Assembly (NCBI GenBank): GCA_965216325.1
Contig: OZ244160.1
Coordinates: 1,600,001-1,664,000, forward strand
Direction: 5' to 3'
Source: Coraliomargarita sp.
GTDB taxonomy: Bacteria > Verrucomicrobiota > Verrucomicrobiia > Opitutales > Coraliomargaritaceae
DNA length: 64,000 nucleotides
A program made the position numbers and the translations under genes. Shown here piece after piece: positions 52,798 to 63,191 of the stretch (within the stretch, counting starts at the first letter, position 1; each line of letters starts with the position of its first letter). The notes beneath the pieces were generated by a model. It was not told the DNA's origin, searched no databases, and saw only the letters and a program-made list of their open reading frames with translations.

Positions 52798-54077
52798 TAG
52801 GCGACAACGACTAGATTTGGAAGTGCTGCCCGCAATGCCGCGAGTTGCTCCTCGGAACAGGTCCCTTTAGACAACTCCAGCTGCTCAAGACTTCCAAGCT
52901 CCTGCAACGCTTCAACATTCTGCAAGGTTGCGCCCTTCAACATCAAGCGCTTGAGATAGGGCTGTTCCGACAACGCCCCCAGATCGACATTCTCTAATTC
53001 TCGCGCGTCGATCAATTCAAGCTGAGGGATCAGCGGCAGCGTATTGAAATCAACTCGACCCGCGCGCACCAGCGACAAGCGCTTTAGGTAAGGCTTGCGC
53101 GCGAGCGGCGACAAATCCGTTACTAAACTCGAACCAACATCGATTTTCTGTAATCCAGTTGCATCACTTAAAGGAGCTAGATCGGTAAGCGCTGTCGAGG
53201 ACACGCTCAAGTCCTGAAGGTAGGGTTTGCCCGCCAAAGCACCGATTTCGCTAACCGCAGTGTTCTGCAGATAAGCAATCCGAAGATAACTCATTCCCGC
53301 AAGCCCGTCGATATTCGCCAACTGCTCATTTCTCGACATAGCGACACGCTCCATCAGCAAACAATTCCGCAGAAAATCCAATGAACTCAGCGCCGACTTG
53401 GAACAACTAAACTCGCGTAGTTGGGTCAATTTCGCCAGCGAAGCCAATGAAGCGTCATTGACCTTGTCGTTGCCCACAATTGACAGCTTTCTAAGTCCAC
53501 TGAGTTCAGCAATAGGCACGTAGGACTCAATCGCAACATCCGCATTCCCGACACTCAACGCCTGCACTGCGTGCATCGAACGAAGAAAATCCAAGGATCC
53601 AATCCCCGACTCCGGCACATCCAAAAAGCGAAGTTTCGTGCACGCGCGAAGACTGTCCCAATCACTCACAAGCGTCCGATTCAGCCTCAGCGAAACCAAA
53701 TCAGGGCAGTTCTCGAATGGACGCAAGCTCCACGGGCGGTCATGGTTGTTTTGGGAGTAAGCTCCGAAACGGACGAGCTGTTTCAACGAGCCCACTGGTT
53801 CGAGGCTGGTAATCTGCTGATTGCCGTTTGCGAAACCAAGGTAACGCAGCTCTGGAAGCTTAGCGATCGAAGCAAATGCCGCGTCATCAGCATCCTTCGC
53901 GATCTCGACCCCGACATAGGGCCAACTCTTGAGTTCGCGAATCGCAACAACTTCCGTATCACTTAATGGCTGACTGATCCGGATTGAAGAGTTGGAAATC
54001 TTATTACTCGCGGCATCCAGCCCCAGCGATAGGGCAAAAGCTGACAACAAGACGACGTTGAAAAATTTGCGAAACAT
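52794..54077 (-). CDS. Secreted leucine-rich-repeat protein (internalin-like)
   Basis: Signal peptide from ATG 54077 and repeated LxxLxxLxLxxTxVxDLxPL units. Confidence 0.85.
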   Translation of the reverse strand: MFRKFFNVVLLSAFALSLGLDAASNKISNSSIRISQPLSDTEVVAIRELKSWPYVGVEIAKDADDAAFASIAKLPELRYLGFANGNQQITSLEPVGSLKQLVRFGAYSQNNHDRPWSLRPFENCPDLVSLRLNRTLVSDWDSLRACTKLRFLDVPESGIGSLDFLRSMHAVQALSVGNADVAIESYVPIAELSGLRKLSIVGNDKVNDASLASLAKLTQLREFSCSKSALSSLDFLRNCLLMERVAMSRNEQLANIDGLAGMSYLRIAYLQNTAVSEIGALAGKPYLQDLSVSSTALTDLAPLSDATGLQKIDVGSSLVTDLSPLARKPYLKRLSLVRAGRVDFNTLPLIPQLELIDARELENVDLGALSEQPYLKRLMLKGATLQNVEALQELGSLEQLELSKGTCSEEQLAALRAALPNLVVVAY

Positions 54078-54193
54078 GCCAACAACCAAGACAAGAATTA
54101 GACTTTCGCACAACCATCGAAAGGCCCTTTTTGCACTTGAACTTACAGGCCAATGCCGAATCCTAACGCAAAGATTAACCAACTACTTTTATT

Positions 54194-54640
54194 ATGGGCC
54201 TCTTCGACAAAGTAAAATCCATGGCAAATGCCATCACTGGTAACGCAGCTAAAGTCTCTCTGACGGCAGCCCCTGTCCGCATTGGCGAGCCATTCGAGCT
54301 TACGATCCAAGCACTCGCCAACGACAGCGAGGTTAACTACAGCCGCGTTTACGTAAAAGTGCGTGGCCGCGAAAAGGTCGAGCTGCACGATCGCGACAGC
54401 GATGGCACCGAACGCATTCGCCGCAAGGAAACCACTTACGAATCGGAAATCGTCGCCGAGGGCGCAGGCACACTCGCAGCCAACGAAAATCAAACCTGGA
54501 CCTGCGAGCTGACCATTCCAAGCACCGCGCCAGCCTTCTATCGAGGTAAATATGCGGAGCACTATTACGAAGTCCAAGCTGGTCTAGACTGCACTGGCAA
54601 CGACCCGGATTCCGGCTGGGTCCGCCTTCATCTCGCCTAA
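54194..54640 (+). CDS. Spo0M/arrestin-fold-like protein
   Basis: Beta-rich 148-aa protein with MGLFDK N-terminus and C-terminal LD...DP; family call is tentative. Confidence 0.55.
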   Translation: MGLFDKVKSMANAITGNAAKVSLTAAPVRIGEPFELTIQALANDSEVNYSRVYVKVRGREKVELHDRDSDGTERIRRKETTYESEIVAEGAGTLAANENQTWTCELTIPSTAPAFYRGKYAEHYYEVQAGLDCTGNDPDSGWVRLHLA

Positions 54641-54664
54641 GCTCAACCGCAATTTAACAACACT

Positions 54665-55807
54665 ATGGCAGCAGACAGTTTCACCGAAGTAAGCAGCGAA
54701 TCTTGGTTCTCTCGCATTGGAAATTCAATTAAAGGCATTGTTGTCGGCATCGTATTGATTGTCGTCTCAATCGGCCTGCTTAGCTGGAACGAGGGACGCG
54801 CCGTCAAGCGCTACAAGACCCTCAACGAAGGCGCGGGAGCGGTGATCTCCCTCCAGTCTGCCAGCGTCGACAGCACTAAAGACGGAAAACTTGTGCACAC
54901 AACTGGCTTTGCATCGACCGAAGATCGGCCCACCGACGCAGTATTCGGCCTCTCATGCAACGCCCTGCAATTGATCCGCTCGGTTGAAATGTATCAGTGG
55001 CAAGAGAACAAAAGCGAAGAAACAAAGAAGAAGCTCGGCGGCGGCACGGAGACCGTGACGACTTACAACTACGTCAAAGAGTGGAGCTCTCACCACCAGA
55101 ATTCCGCCAACTTCAAAGAGCCAACCGGCCACAGCAACCCAGACTTTGCCTACAACAGTCAAACCTTTACAGCCAAACCAGTTACACTTGGTGCCTACAC
55201 GCTGACAGACTCACAGGTAAACAGCATCGGCGGAGCACAGCCATTTACTTTTCCATCAGACTATAAAAGTCCGGCCTCCCTCGGCCAAGCAACAGTCAGC
55301 GGCACTACGATCTACATCGGTAAAGACCCCAGCGCCCCCGCAATCGGCGATCTCCGTATCAGCTTCAAAGAGGTGCCCCAACAGGATATCAGCCTCGTTG
55401 CCGCTCAAATCGGCAGCACCTTTGAACCTTACCTAACCGAGGCAGGTGGCACTATCAGCCTACTCGAACGCGGAACGGTGTCTGCCGGTGCGATGTTCCA
55501 AACCGCACAAGACAGCAACAAGACCCTCACATGGATTCTGCGCGGCGCCGGCCTCTTCCTAATGTGCATCGGTTTCAATATGATCATGGCACCACTCTCC
55601 GTGCTAGCCGATATCGTTCCCTTTATCGGAAATCTAGTCGGAGCAGGCACAGCCATCGTCGCAATGCTACTGACCGCAGTTGCAGGGCTCATCACCATTG
55701 CAGTCGCATGGATCGTATTTCGTCCAATCTTGGCAGTAAGCTTACTACTCATCGCTGGAGGAGCACTCTTCATGATCTTTAGCAAGATGAAGGCAAAAAG
55801 CGCCTAA
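54665..55807 (+). CDS. TMEM43/DUF1625 family membrane protein
   Basis: SWFSRI, WNEGRAV, GKLVHTTG, RSVEMYQWQE, IGDLRISF and TWILR. Confidence 0.88.
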   Translation: MAADSFTEVSSESWFSRIGNSIKGIVVGIVLIVVSIGLLSWNEGRAVKRYKTLNEGAGAVISLQSASVDSTKDGKLVHTTGFASTEDRPTDAVFGLSCNALQLIRSVEMYQWQENKSEETKKKLGGGTETVTTYNYVKEWSSHHQNSANFKEPTGHSNPDFAYNSQTFTAKPVTLGAYTLTDSQVNSIGGAQPFTFPSDYKSPASLGQATVSGTTIYIGKDPSAPAIGDLRISFKEVPQQDISLVAAQIGSTFEPYLTEAGGTISLLERGTVSAGAMFQTAQDSNKTLTWILRGAGLFLMCIGFNMIMAPLSVLADIVPFIGNLVGAGTAIVAMLLTAVAGLITIAVAWIVFRPILAVSLLLIAGGALFMIFSKMKAKSA

Positions 55808-55879
55808 GCTCACCTCTTATCTTAACTGTTTCAAAGAGCAGCTTGCCCACGCCGGACTGCGCTGTCTTCATGCAGTGGC

Positions 55880-56329
55880 ATGCTGGCAATTGAGACAGTC
55901 ATCCCTTTCGTGATCGCCTCCATCGGGCTCGCGATCGCCCCCGGTCCGGACAACATCTTCGTCCTCACTCAATCGATCACCCACGGCCCCAGAGCCGGGA
56001 TTCTCGTCGTGCTAGGGCTCTGCACCGGCCTGATCGCCCATACGCTCGCCGTCACGCTCGGCTTGGCAGCTCTGTTTCAGAACTCAGTCCTAGCGTTCAC
56101 CTTGCTGAAGCGCACAGGTGCCGCCTATCTGCTGTTCCTCGCATGGCAGGCATTCCGAGCTCCGACTCAAGACCTCAGCACCTTCGTCGTCTTTGGGCTC
56201 ATCGCATTGCTCTCCGGCAAACTCAGCAGCGCCCTTAAGCGTTCCCCAAAAGCCCAATCGCGCCTCAACAAACTCGCGGGCCTAATCTTTATCACGCTTG
56301 CATTGAAAATTCTCAGTTCACAGCTATAA
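55880..56329 (+). pseudogene. LysE/RhtB translocator with an apparent in-frame internal deletion
   Basis: APGPDNIFVL and GAAYLLFLAWQAFR join directly to the C-terminal part; the central NPK motif region is missing; 149 aa versus about 200-210 typical. Confidence 0.6.
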
Positions 56330-56330
56330 T
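56303..56330 (+). promoter_or_regulatory. Sigma70-like promoter for comF (leaderless geometry)
   Basis: TTGAAA, 16-nt spacer, TATAAT, then 6 nt to the GTG start. Confidence 0.65.
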
Positions 56331-56336
56331 TGAGCT

Positions 56337-57062
56337 GTGCCATTGCTGAAACCGCTCCTCAATGCGACTGCCGACCTGCTCTTCCCACGCAGCTGCGTGC
56401 ACTGCGCCGATATTGTTGAAGACTCCCCCTACGAATTTCTCTGCCGCCACTGTGCCCGAGAGATCTTCTTTTCGACTCCACCCGCCTGTAGTCACTGTGG
56501 CTATCCCTACTGGGGCCAACTCGCCGGCCACAAGGTCTGCCCCCACTGCGTCGAGCTGAATCCGGCCTTCGACGAGGGTAAGACCCTGTTTCTGGCCAAA
56601 GGGCCCGCGCGCAGCCTACTCCATACACTCAAATATCAGGACGGCTTCTATGTGCTGCGCGACATCGCCCGCATGACTACCGAACAGACACATTATCAGG
56701 ACTATCTGCAGGATGCCCACCTGATCCCCGTGCCACTCCATGCCGACAAAGCGCGCGAGCGCGGCTTCAATCAAAGCGCAAAGATCGCCCAAATGCTGGC
56801 AAAAACCGCTCAATCCAAGCTCTCAGAGCTCCTAATCCGCACCAAATATACCCAAACACAGACTCGGCTCGACCGGAAATCCCGTCACCAAAACGTAAAA
56901 AATGCCTTTGCGTTGGCACCGGATGCAGTTGTAATCCCCACCCAACAATACATTCTCATCGACGACGTGTTCACCACCGGTTCGACCCTCAACGCCTGCG
57001 CCAGCGTCCTCCGCAAAGCAGGCGCCAAATACCTGAAGGTCGCCACCATCGGACACGGCTAA
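56337..57062 (+). CDS. comF: ComF family protein
   Basis: Double zinc ribbon, PVPLH, RGFNQS and [12 protein letters not shown]. Confidence 0.9.
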   Translation: MPLLKPLLNATADLLFPRSCVHCADIVEDSPYEFLCRHCAREIFFSTPPACSHCGYPYWGQLAGHKVCPHCVELNPAFDEGKTLFLAKGPARSLLHTLKYQDGFYVLRDIARMTTEQTHYQDYLQDAHLIPVPLHADKARERGFNQSAKIAQMLAKTAQSKLSELLIRTKYTQTQTRLDRKSRHQNVKNAFALAPDAVVIPTQQYILIDDVFTTGSTLNACASVLRKAGAKYLKVATIGHG

Positions 57063-57111
57063 TCAATTTCTACCTTAACACATTTTCCTTTCACACCTTC
57101 CCACCTGAATT

Positions 57112-57969
57112 ATGGCACTTTTCGGCAAACCACAGTATTCGACCGTCACCGTTAAGAAGAAGGACATCCCCAAAGACCTTTGGACCAAATGCCCGAAGAC
57201 CGGCGAAATCATCTACAATAAGGTTCTCAAAGAAAACCTTATGGTTGTGCCCAACAGCGGCTACCACTTCCCAATCGATGCCCGCACACGCATCGCATCG
57301 ATGCTCGACGAGGGTTCTTTTGAGGAAATGGACACAGGTGTGAGCTCACTCGACCCACTCGAGTTCAACGCCACCGCTTCTTACCCGGAAAAGCTCAAGG
57401 CCAGCCAAGCAAAGACCAAGGAAACCGATACAGTTATCTCTGGAATGGGCACGATGGACGGTATGCCTGTCAGCCTCGCAGTGATGGACTTCCGCTTCAT
57501 GGCCGCCTCGCTTGGTTCTGCGGCCGGCGAAAAGTTGACCCGTGCAATCGAACGCGGCCTCGAAAAGAAGTGCCCGGTCATCATCGTTTGCGCCTCCGGT
57601 GGTGCTCGCATGCAGGAAGGCATCCTGAGCCTCATGCAGATGGCAAAGACCAGTGCGGCGCTTGCCCGTCTCTCCGAAGCAGGCCTGCCTTACATTTCCA
57701 TCCTGACCAATCCAACCATGGCAGGTGTCATGGCGAGCTTCGCTTCCTTGGGTGATGTCATCATCGCCGAACCCGAAGCCCTCATCGGTTTCGCTGGCCC
57801 ACGCGTGATCAAGGAAACCACTCAACAGGATCTGCCGGCAGGCTTCCAAACCTCGGAGTTCCTACTCGATCGCGGACTGATCGACATGATCACACCACGC
57901 GGCGAAATGCGCGACAGCCTAATCGGCCTGCTCAAGGCCTTCGGCAACAACACCGCGAAATCCGCTTAA
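57112..57969 (+). CDS. accD: Acetyl-CoA carboxylase carboxyltransferase beta subunit
   Basis: [27 protein letters not shown] and IGFAGPRVI. Confidence 0.96.
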   Translation: MALFGKPQYSTVTVKKKDIPKDLWTKCPKTGEIIYNKVLKENLMVVPNSGYHFPIDARTRIASMLDEGSFEEMDTGVSSLDPLEFNATASYPEKLKASQAKTKETDTVISGMGTMDGMPVSLAVMDFRFMAASLGSAAGEKLTRAIERGLEKKCPVIIVCASGGARMQEGILSLMQMAKTSAALARLSEAGLPYISILTNPTMAGVMASFASLGDVIIAEPEALIGFAGPRVIKETTQQDLPAGFQTSEFLLDRGLIDMITPRGEMRDSLIGLLKAFGNNTAKSA

Positions 57970-57980
57970 GTTAGTTTGGA

Positions 57981-58043
57981 TTGGAGGGCAACGCTCCGTC
58001 GTTGCCACCAGACGTGCGGCAACGACAGAGCGTTGCCCTCCAA
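57981..58043. repeat. REP-like doublet abutting the folC start
   Basis: TTGGAGGGCAACGCTCCGTCGTTGCC and GGCAACGACAGAGCGTTGCCCTCCAA are inverted copies matching at 25 of 26 positions. Confidence 0.85.
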
Positions 58044-58044
58044 C

Positions 58045-59313
58045 ATGAAGTCATTTGCAGACACCCGCGAGTATCTCTATTCGCTCAAAAACGCCGGCTC
58101 CAAGTATGGCATCGACCGCATGCGCCTGCTCGTCGAAGCGCTCGGACATCCGGAAAAACAATTCCCGCTCATTCACGTTGCAGGCACCAACGGCAAGGGC
58201 TCCGTCTGCGCCATGCTGGAGTCGCTGTATCGAACAAACGGATACAAAACCGGATTCTTCAGCTCCCCGCACCTGGTGCACCTCGGCGAACGCGCACAAG
58301 TGAACCGTCAGATCCTCACCGAATCCGGCATCGTCGAATACACCAAGCAGCTCAAGCCCATCGCAGCCAAACTCGGCAAAGAAGACCCCGACTGTCATCC
58401 GTCCTTCTTCGAATTCATGGCGGCCATGGCCTTCCAACGCTTTGCCTCGGAACAAGTCGACATCGCTTGCATCGAAACAGGTCTAGGCGGCAGACTCGAC
58501 GCCACGAACGTCGTTGACCCAGAGCTCTCAATCATCACTACCGTCAGCCTCGATCACACCGAGTTGCTTGGGGACCGCATTGAGATCATCGCCCGCGAAA
58601 AAGCCGGCATCATCAAACCCGGTAAGCCGGTTCTCATTGGACGACTTCCCGCAGAAGCCGAATCGGTCGTGCGCGAAATTGCTACTGAGCGAGGCAGCAC
58701 CGTTTACGCATTGCGAGATCGATTCCCCGACGAATCCACACTCCCGGCAACGAACCTTGCAGGCTCCTTCCAACGCTGGAATGCAGCCCTCGCGCTCTAC
58801 GCCACCGAACTACTGGCAGATCGCTTTCCAATTCAATCAACTGCAGGACTCAAGCAAATCGACTGGCCCGGCCGCTGGCAGCGCATCCCACTCAAAGACC
58901 GCACCCTGATTCTTGACGCCACGCATAATCCCGAAGGAGCACAGATGTTGGCAGAAAATCTCAGCCAATTGGACGAGAAACCGATCATCGTAGCCGGCAC
59001 ACTCGGCGAAGACCGTGGCCGCAGTTTAATGGACGCAATCGCTCCCTATGCAAAAGAGCTCCACCTGGTCCAACCCAACCAACCACGGGCCACAACGACT
59101 AGATTCCTAGAGAGCTGCCTGCCCGCGGACCGAGACTTTAGCGTCACCCACAGCTCACTCGAGCAAGTGATCCCTGCACCACAAAGCTGCAGCCTCGGCA
59201 TGCCAGGCGACACGATCGTTCTCACTGGATCGCTCTACCTGATCGGCGAAGCCCTCGAACGCCTGCAGGCGGAGCGGCCCAAAGAACTCGGCAGCCTTCA
59301 GGATTTGTTATAA
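58045..59313 (+). CDS. folC: Folylpolyglutamate synthase / dihydrofolate synthase
   Basis: [31 protein letters not shown] and LDATHN; start ATG 58045. Confidence 0.95.
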   Translation: MKSFADTREYLYSLKNAGSKYGIDRMRLLVEALGHPEKQFPLIHVAGTNGKGSVCAMLESLYRTNGYKTGFFSSPHLVHLGERAQVNRQILTESGIVEYTKQLKPIAAKLGKEDPDCHPSFFEFMAAMAFQRFASEQVDIACIETGLGGRLDATNVVDPELSIITTVSLDHTELLGDRIEIIAREKAGIIKPGKPVLIGRLPAEAESVVREIATERGSTVYALRDRFPDESTLPATNLAGSFQRWNAALALYATELLADRFPIQSTAGLKQIDWPGRWQRIPLKDRTLILDATHNPEGAQMLAENLSQLDEKPIIVAGTLGEDRGRSLMDAIAPYAKELHLVQPNQPRATTTRFLESCLPADRDFSVTHSSLEQVIPAPQSCSLGMPGDTIVLTGSLYLIGEALERLQAERPKELGSLQDLL

Positions 59314-59320
59314 AATAGAG

Positions 59321-59388
59321 CCCACTAATCTCACCAATCAACACGAATGACATAAGCTTCCTTCGTGAAGATTCGTGTAATTCGTGGG
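59321..59388. repeat. Inverted nonamer-repeat element between convergent genes
   Basis: CCACTAATC TCACCAATC AACACGAAT ... GATTCGTGT AATTCGTGG. Confidence 0.55.
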
Positions 59389-59405
59389 CGCCCCCCTCAG
59401 CCAAA

Positions 59406-59966
59406 CTACAAATCCACTTTAATCGCTTCGCGCTCGACCGGATCGACCTCAAAGAACTCCTCCGCCTCGGGCGGAAAACCAAACATGTTGGCCACGATGT
59501 TACTCGGGAAGCTCTGCGTTTTATTGCGATAATCACGCACGTTGCCATTGTAAAAACGGCGCGCTGCTTGAATGCGATCCTCCGTGTTAATCAACTCTTC
59601 CTGTAACTGACGAAAGTTCGCATCGGCCTTTAGATCGGGATACGACTCCGACAACGCAAACAGGCCATTCAAACTCGAAACCAGACGCTTCTCCGTGCTC
59701 GCCTGCTCGACCGGTGAACCGTTGTTGGCACGGCATTGGTTACGCAACGCAATGACCTTTTCTAAAGTATCCCGCTCGTGCTTCGCGTAGGCCTTGGTCG
59801 TCTCCACTAAATTGGGGATCAGATCATAACGACGCTTCAACTCCGTATCAATATTCGCCCACGCATCACGGATGTGATTCCGAATCGCGACCAAGCCATT
59901 ATAGGTTACGATCAAGAACATGACGGGCAACCCGACCACCAAAAGAAGAATAACTAGACCAGCCAT
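59406..59966 (-). CDS. lemA: LemA family protein
   Basis: YNGLV, LKRRYDLIPNLV, ESYPDLKA and EDRIQAARRFYN. Confidence 0.95.
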   Translation of the reverse strand: MAGLVILLLVVGLPVMFLIVTYNGLVAIRNHIRDAWANIDTELKRRYDLIPNLVETTKAYAKHERDTLEKVIALRNQCRANNGSPVEQASTEKRLVSSLNGLFALSESYPDLKADANFRQLQEELINTEDRIQAARRFYNGNVRDYRNKTQSFPSNIVANMFGFPPEAEEFFEVDPVEREAIKVDL

Positions 59967-59987
59967 ATAAGTCTTTATATGGCAGCG

Positions 59988-60656
59988 TTAGCGCGTGAAC
60001 AGATAATTCGGCATCAGCGAGCGGATGCGTTGAATCCGAGTGATGTTCGGACGGATCTGCTCGACAGCCAATCGCCCACGAAAGGTCAGAGACAAGACAT
60101 CGCGCTCGACTTCGATGATCAGATTCTGCTGGGTCAGCAGAAACTCAATCATCTGTGCGTTGCAGAAATCGTAGGCGAACTTCTTATCCCGCGACTTCAC
60201 ACTGTATCGCTTGGAAAACTCATGCGACTCAAAGTCGATATCATCAAATCCAAGCATCTGCCCCAACTTTGAGAATAAGCCCTCAGGCTTAATGATCAGT
60301 TCTGGGAAACGCTCTGACAGCTGCAAGGTGAAGACGGAGAACCAGTGGTGATTTGTCTGCCGACGCCCCTTGCTGTCACGCGAATAGGTCTCGTAGTGAT
60401 AATCGAAGATGTAGGCACGTCGGCCATCCAGCTCACCATACAGAATGTTCTCGGCATAGCGATTCGACCCGTCGTCAAGATGCTGGAGGAAGTGAAATTT
60501 ATCAGCGAGACTGGTATCACGCTCAGACTGGAAGCGAAAGCCCAACTCTAGGGCCAGAAGCTGGAAGGCTTCACGGCGCTTCTTCGCCTGAATCGCACCG
60601 AAGACAATCAGCCCAATGACTAGAGCAGCAAATCCGATAAAGATGAGTGGCGTCAT
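59988..60656 (-). CDS. Membrane-anchored hypothetical protein co-oriented with lemA (DUF3137-like)
   Basis: N-terminal TM and DIDFESHEFSKRY. Confidence 0.7.
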   Translation of the reverse strand: MTPLIFIGFAALVIGLIVFGAIQAKKRREAFQLLALELGFRFQSERDTSLADKFHFLQHLDDGSNRYAENILYGELDGRRAYIFDYHYETYSRDSKGRRQTNHHWFSVFTLQLSERFPELIIKPEGLFSKLGQMLGFDDIDFESHEFSKRYSVKSRDKKFAYDFCNAQMIEFLLTQQNLIIEVERDVLSLTFRGRLAVEQIRPNITRIQRIRSLMPNYLFTR

Positions 60657-60684
60657 GGTGTGGCACTCAACTCAAATGACAGGC

Positions 60685-61575
60685 TTAGTTCAAGCGCTTA
60701 ACTAAAAGTGTATAGGCTTTCACAAAATCGCCAGCCGACACGAAGTGTATGTCCCGCGCATATCCACCCGGAATACTCACCACCTGAAAATCCGAACCTG
60801 CGCTGCGATCACTAGTCGAACGGAAGTCACAGCCCACTTTAATATCCAAATCGCGGTCGGTTATATTTTGAATGCGCACCCAAACCCGAAGCCGATCGCC
60901 ATCGATTGGATGTGCTTCAATCCGGTCTAAACGAACGGCCGAAGAGAAGGCCCGCGACAAGCGCACATTATCCGGCACCAGCACCACTCCACCCCAGTCA
61001 CGCTGCGCAAGTAGACCCATTTCAATGACGGTCGGCGCCACAACAACCACTTCTTCTACCTCAGCAGTTTCCAGAACCGGTGCAGCCAGCTCAGCTACTG
61101 GAACCTCGACAACAATCTCGGCCTGCTCCGCAACAACAGAGCTCTCCACCGACAGCGTCGGCTCTTGTTTCATCACAGTTGGCAGCTCCTCATGAACAAC
61201 CGCCCCACTGCTCAAGCTTGGCCTTGCCACCTCCCGAACTTCGGGAGCACGGATGCCTTCCTTCAGATAGGTAATCGAATCGCTAAACTCGGTCTTATCA
61301 TCTACAACATGGGGCAATGCTCCAGTCGCTTCAGCCTCTTCCTCTGACACAAGCAAGCGTTCCGCGGTCTCATTCAACTCCGGCAACTGCTCTCTTCCAA
61401 GAAACAGCCATAGGCCAATCGCACCCATGACGACGACCAGGATGAAGGGCAGGACCCATCCTTTAGTCGATGTATCATCCGTTCCGTGTATTTGCCCAGG
61501 CGTCAGCTCGGAATCCGCGAGTTCTTCAAAACTAATGCTCATTTGGGGTCTTGGGTAAGGGGTTTGAGCATTCAT
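60685..61575 (-). CDS. Membrane-anchored hypothetical protein with acidic linker and C-terminal beta-sandwich (YcfL-like)
   Basis: Single TM, E/V/A/P-rich linker and LRVWVRIQN domain. Confidence 0.6.
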   Translation of the reverse strand: MNAQTPYPRPQMSISFEELADSELTPGQIHGTDDTSTKGWVLPFILVVVMGAIGLWLFLGREQLPELNETAERLLVSEEEAEATGALPHVVDDKTEFSDSITYLKEGIRAPEVREVARPSLSSGAVVHEELPTVMKQEPTLSVESSVVAEQAEIVVEVPVAELAAPVLETAEVEEVVVVAPTVIEMGLLAQRDWGGVVLVPDNVRLSRAFSSAVRLDRIEAHPIDGDRLRVWVRIQNITDRDLDIKVGCDFRSTSDRSAGSDFQVVSIPGGYARDIHFVSAGDFVKAYTLLVKRLN

Positions 61576-61776
61576 TGCTGGAGTATCGGGAAGCCGTCTG
61601 CAAACCCCACAGTCAGCGACAACTCCCTTTCACCATTTAATAACGCCAGATAGCAGTTTGCCCTCACGATTTGTAGATCAGATCACTGACTCAACTCTCA
61701 CGCAAATCCCCTAGATCAAGATGATTTTTCACTGAGAAAGATTGCCTCACCTCCGAGGCATTCTGAGTATCCTAAA

Positions 61777-62619
61777 ATGCCTAAAGAGAAACGAATTGCT
61801 CCAGACTTATTTATTCCCGATTCCGTCGTAGCACCCGAAGCCTACGCGCGTTGCTCACACATGGGCATCGGCGCACACCAGGACGATCTGGAGTTTATGG
61901 CGTTTCATGGCATTAGCAGCTGCTACGACAATGACGGTCTGTGGTTCGGCGGTGTCACCTGTACCGATGGGGGCGGCAGCGCACGGGCTGGAAAATACGC
62001 CGATACAACTGACGACGAAATGAAGGCGATCCGCGCTGACGAACAGCGCAAGGCCGCCGAAATCGGCCAATATAGTTTCGTCAATCAACTCGGACTCAGC
62101 AGCGCCCAAATCAAAGACCCCGAACAACGCAGCACATTGGTCGACCAGCTCGAAACCATCCTGCTGCAATCACAGCCGGAAGTGCTCTACACCCACAACC
62201 CTGCCGATAAGCATGCCACACATGTCGCCGTCTTCTTAGCAGTCATAGAAGCCATTCGACGCATTCCGCCGTATTCGCGCCCGAAGAAAGTCTACGGCTG
62301 TGAAGTCTGGCGCGACCTTGATTGGCTCGCACCCCAAGATAAAATTGCACTCGATGTCAGCGGCCACCCGGACTTGGCCAAACAGCTAAACGCCTGCTTC
62401 GACTCCCAAATCGCTGGCGGTAAGAACTACGGCGACGCCGTCCTTGGCCGTCGCAAAGCCAACGCAACCTTCCACGATTCACACGCCACGGACGTCATTG
62501 ATCAACTCTGGTTCGCAATCGACCTGACGCCACTGGTCGAAAACGAAGCGCTCAGCATCAAAGACTTTATTGAGTCGAAATTGAATGCCTTCACAAACGA
62601 CGTGCTTGATCGGCTCTAA
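61777..62619 (+). CDS. PIG-L family N-acetyl deacetylase
   Basis: GAHQDDLE, TDG, R..EQ and HNPADKHATH. Confidence 0.88.
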   Translation: MPKEKRIAPDLFIPDSVVAPEAYARCSHMGIGAHQDDLEFMAFHGISSCYDNDGLWFGGVTCTDGGGSARAGKYADTTDDEMKAIRADEQRKAAEIGQYSFVNQLGLSSAQIKDPEQRSTLVDQLETILLQSQPEVLYTHNPADKHATHVAVFLAVIEAIRRIPPYSRPKKVYGCEVWRDLDWLAPQDKIALDVSGHPDLAKQLNACFDSQIAGGKNYGDAVLGRRKANATFHDSHATDVIDQLWFAIDLTPLVENEALSIKDFIESKLNAFTNDVLDRL

Positions 62620-62685
62620 AAGCCTCGTAGCGTGCGCACTTGTGCGTCACCACCGAGCATCCGCACTCGGCAGTCACACCCTCTT

Positions 62686-63032
62686 TCAGGCGGCAACGGC
62701 AGACTTCACTACTTTTACGTTGAACACGATCACTGTTGAATCCTGATCAGCTGTGGTGGCGCGCACCACCACTCGTGTCGATTCGCCGAAAGCACATTCA
62801 TCGGAAGCCATCAACACTAGGACACCGCGCTGATTCATCACCGAGAGCTCCACAACATCAGCAATTTCGGCTGCCGCAGAAAAACGTAATTCGTCGCACC
62901 AAAGACCTGATTCAGATCAACCAAAGTCGGCCCCAATTCCTCAATCAGCTGAATTTCGACGACATCGCTAAGCGAATTTAAAACAAGTGTATTACAACGA
63001 GCAGTATTCTTTGGTTGGTTAAGTGTATTCAT
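62686..63032 (-). pseudogene. Small Ig/cadherin-like beta-sandwich protein split by a 1-nt frameshift
   Basis: Adding one T to the T5 tract at 62880-62884 gives a 115-aa reading ...VDLNQVFGATNYVFSAAAEIADVVELSV...TRVVVRATT...VFNVKVV. Confidence 0.5.
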
Positions 63033-63191
63033 GGTTGGCAGCTTGGTTAAATTAATTCTGCCGCCATCCTAGCAGAAGAAACCTGAACTAAAGATGAATG
63101 CGTTAGATTTCCGCGAAAAAACACTCCACCCGACCCCATTTTCTGGATTCATCTAGCATTCAGGTTAGAGTGTGTATGCTGCCGTGTTACC

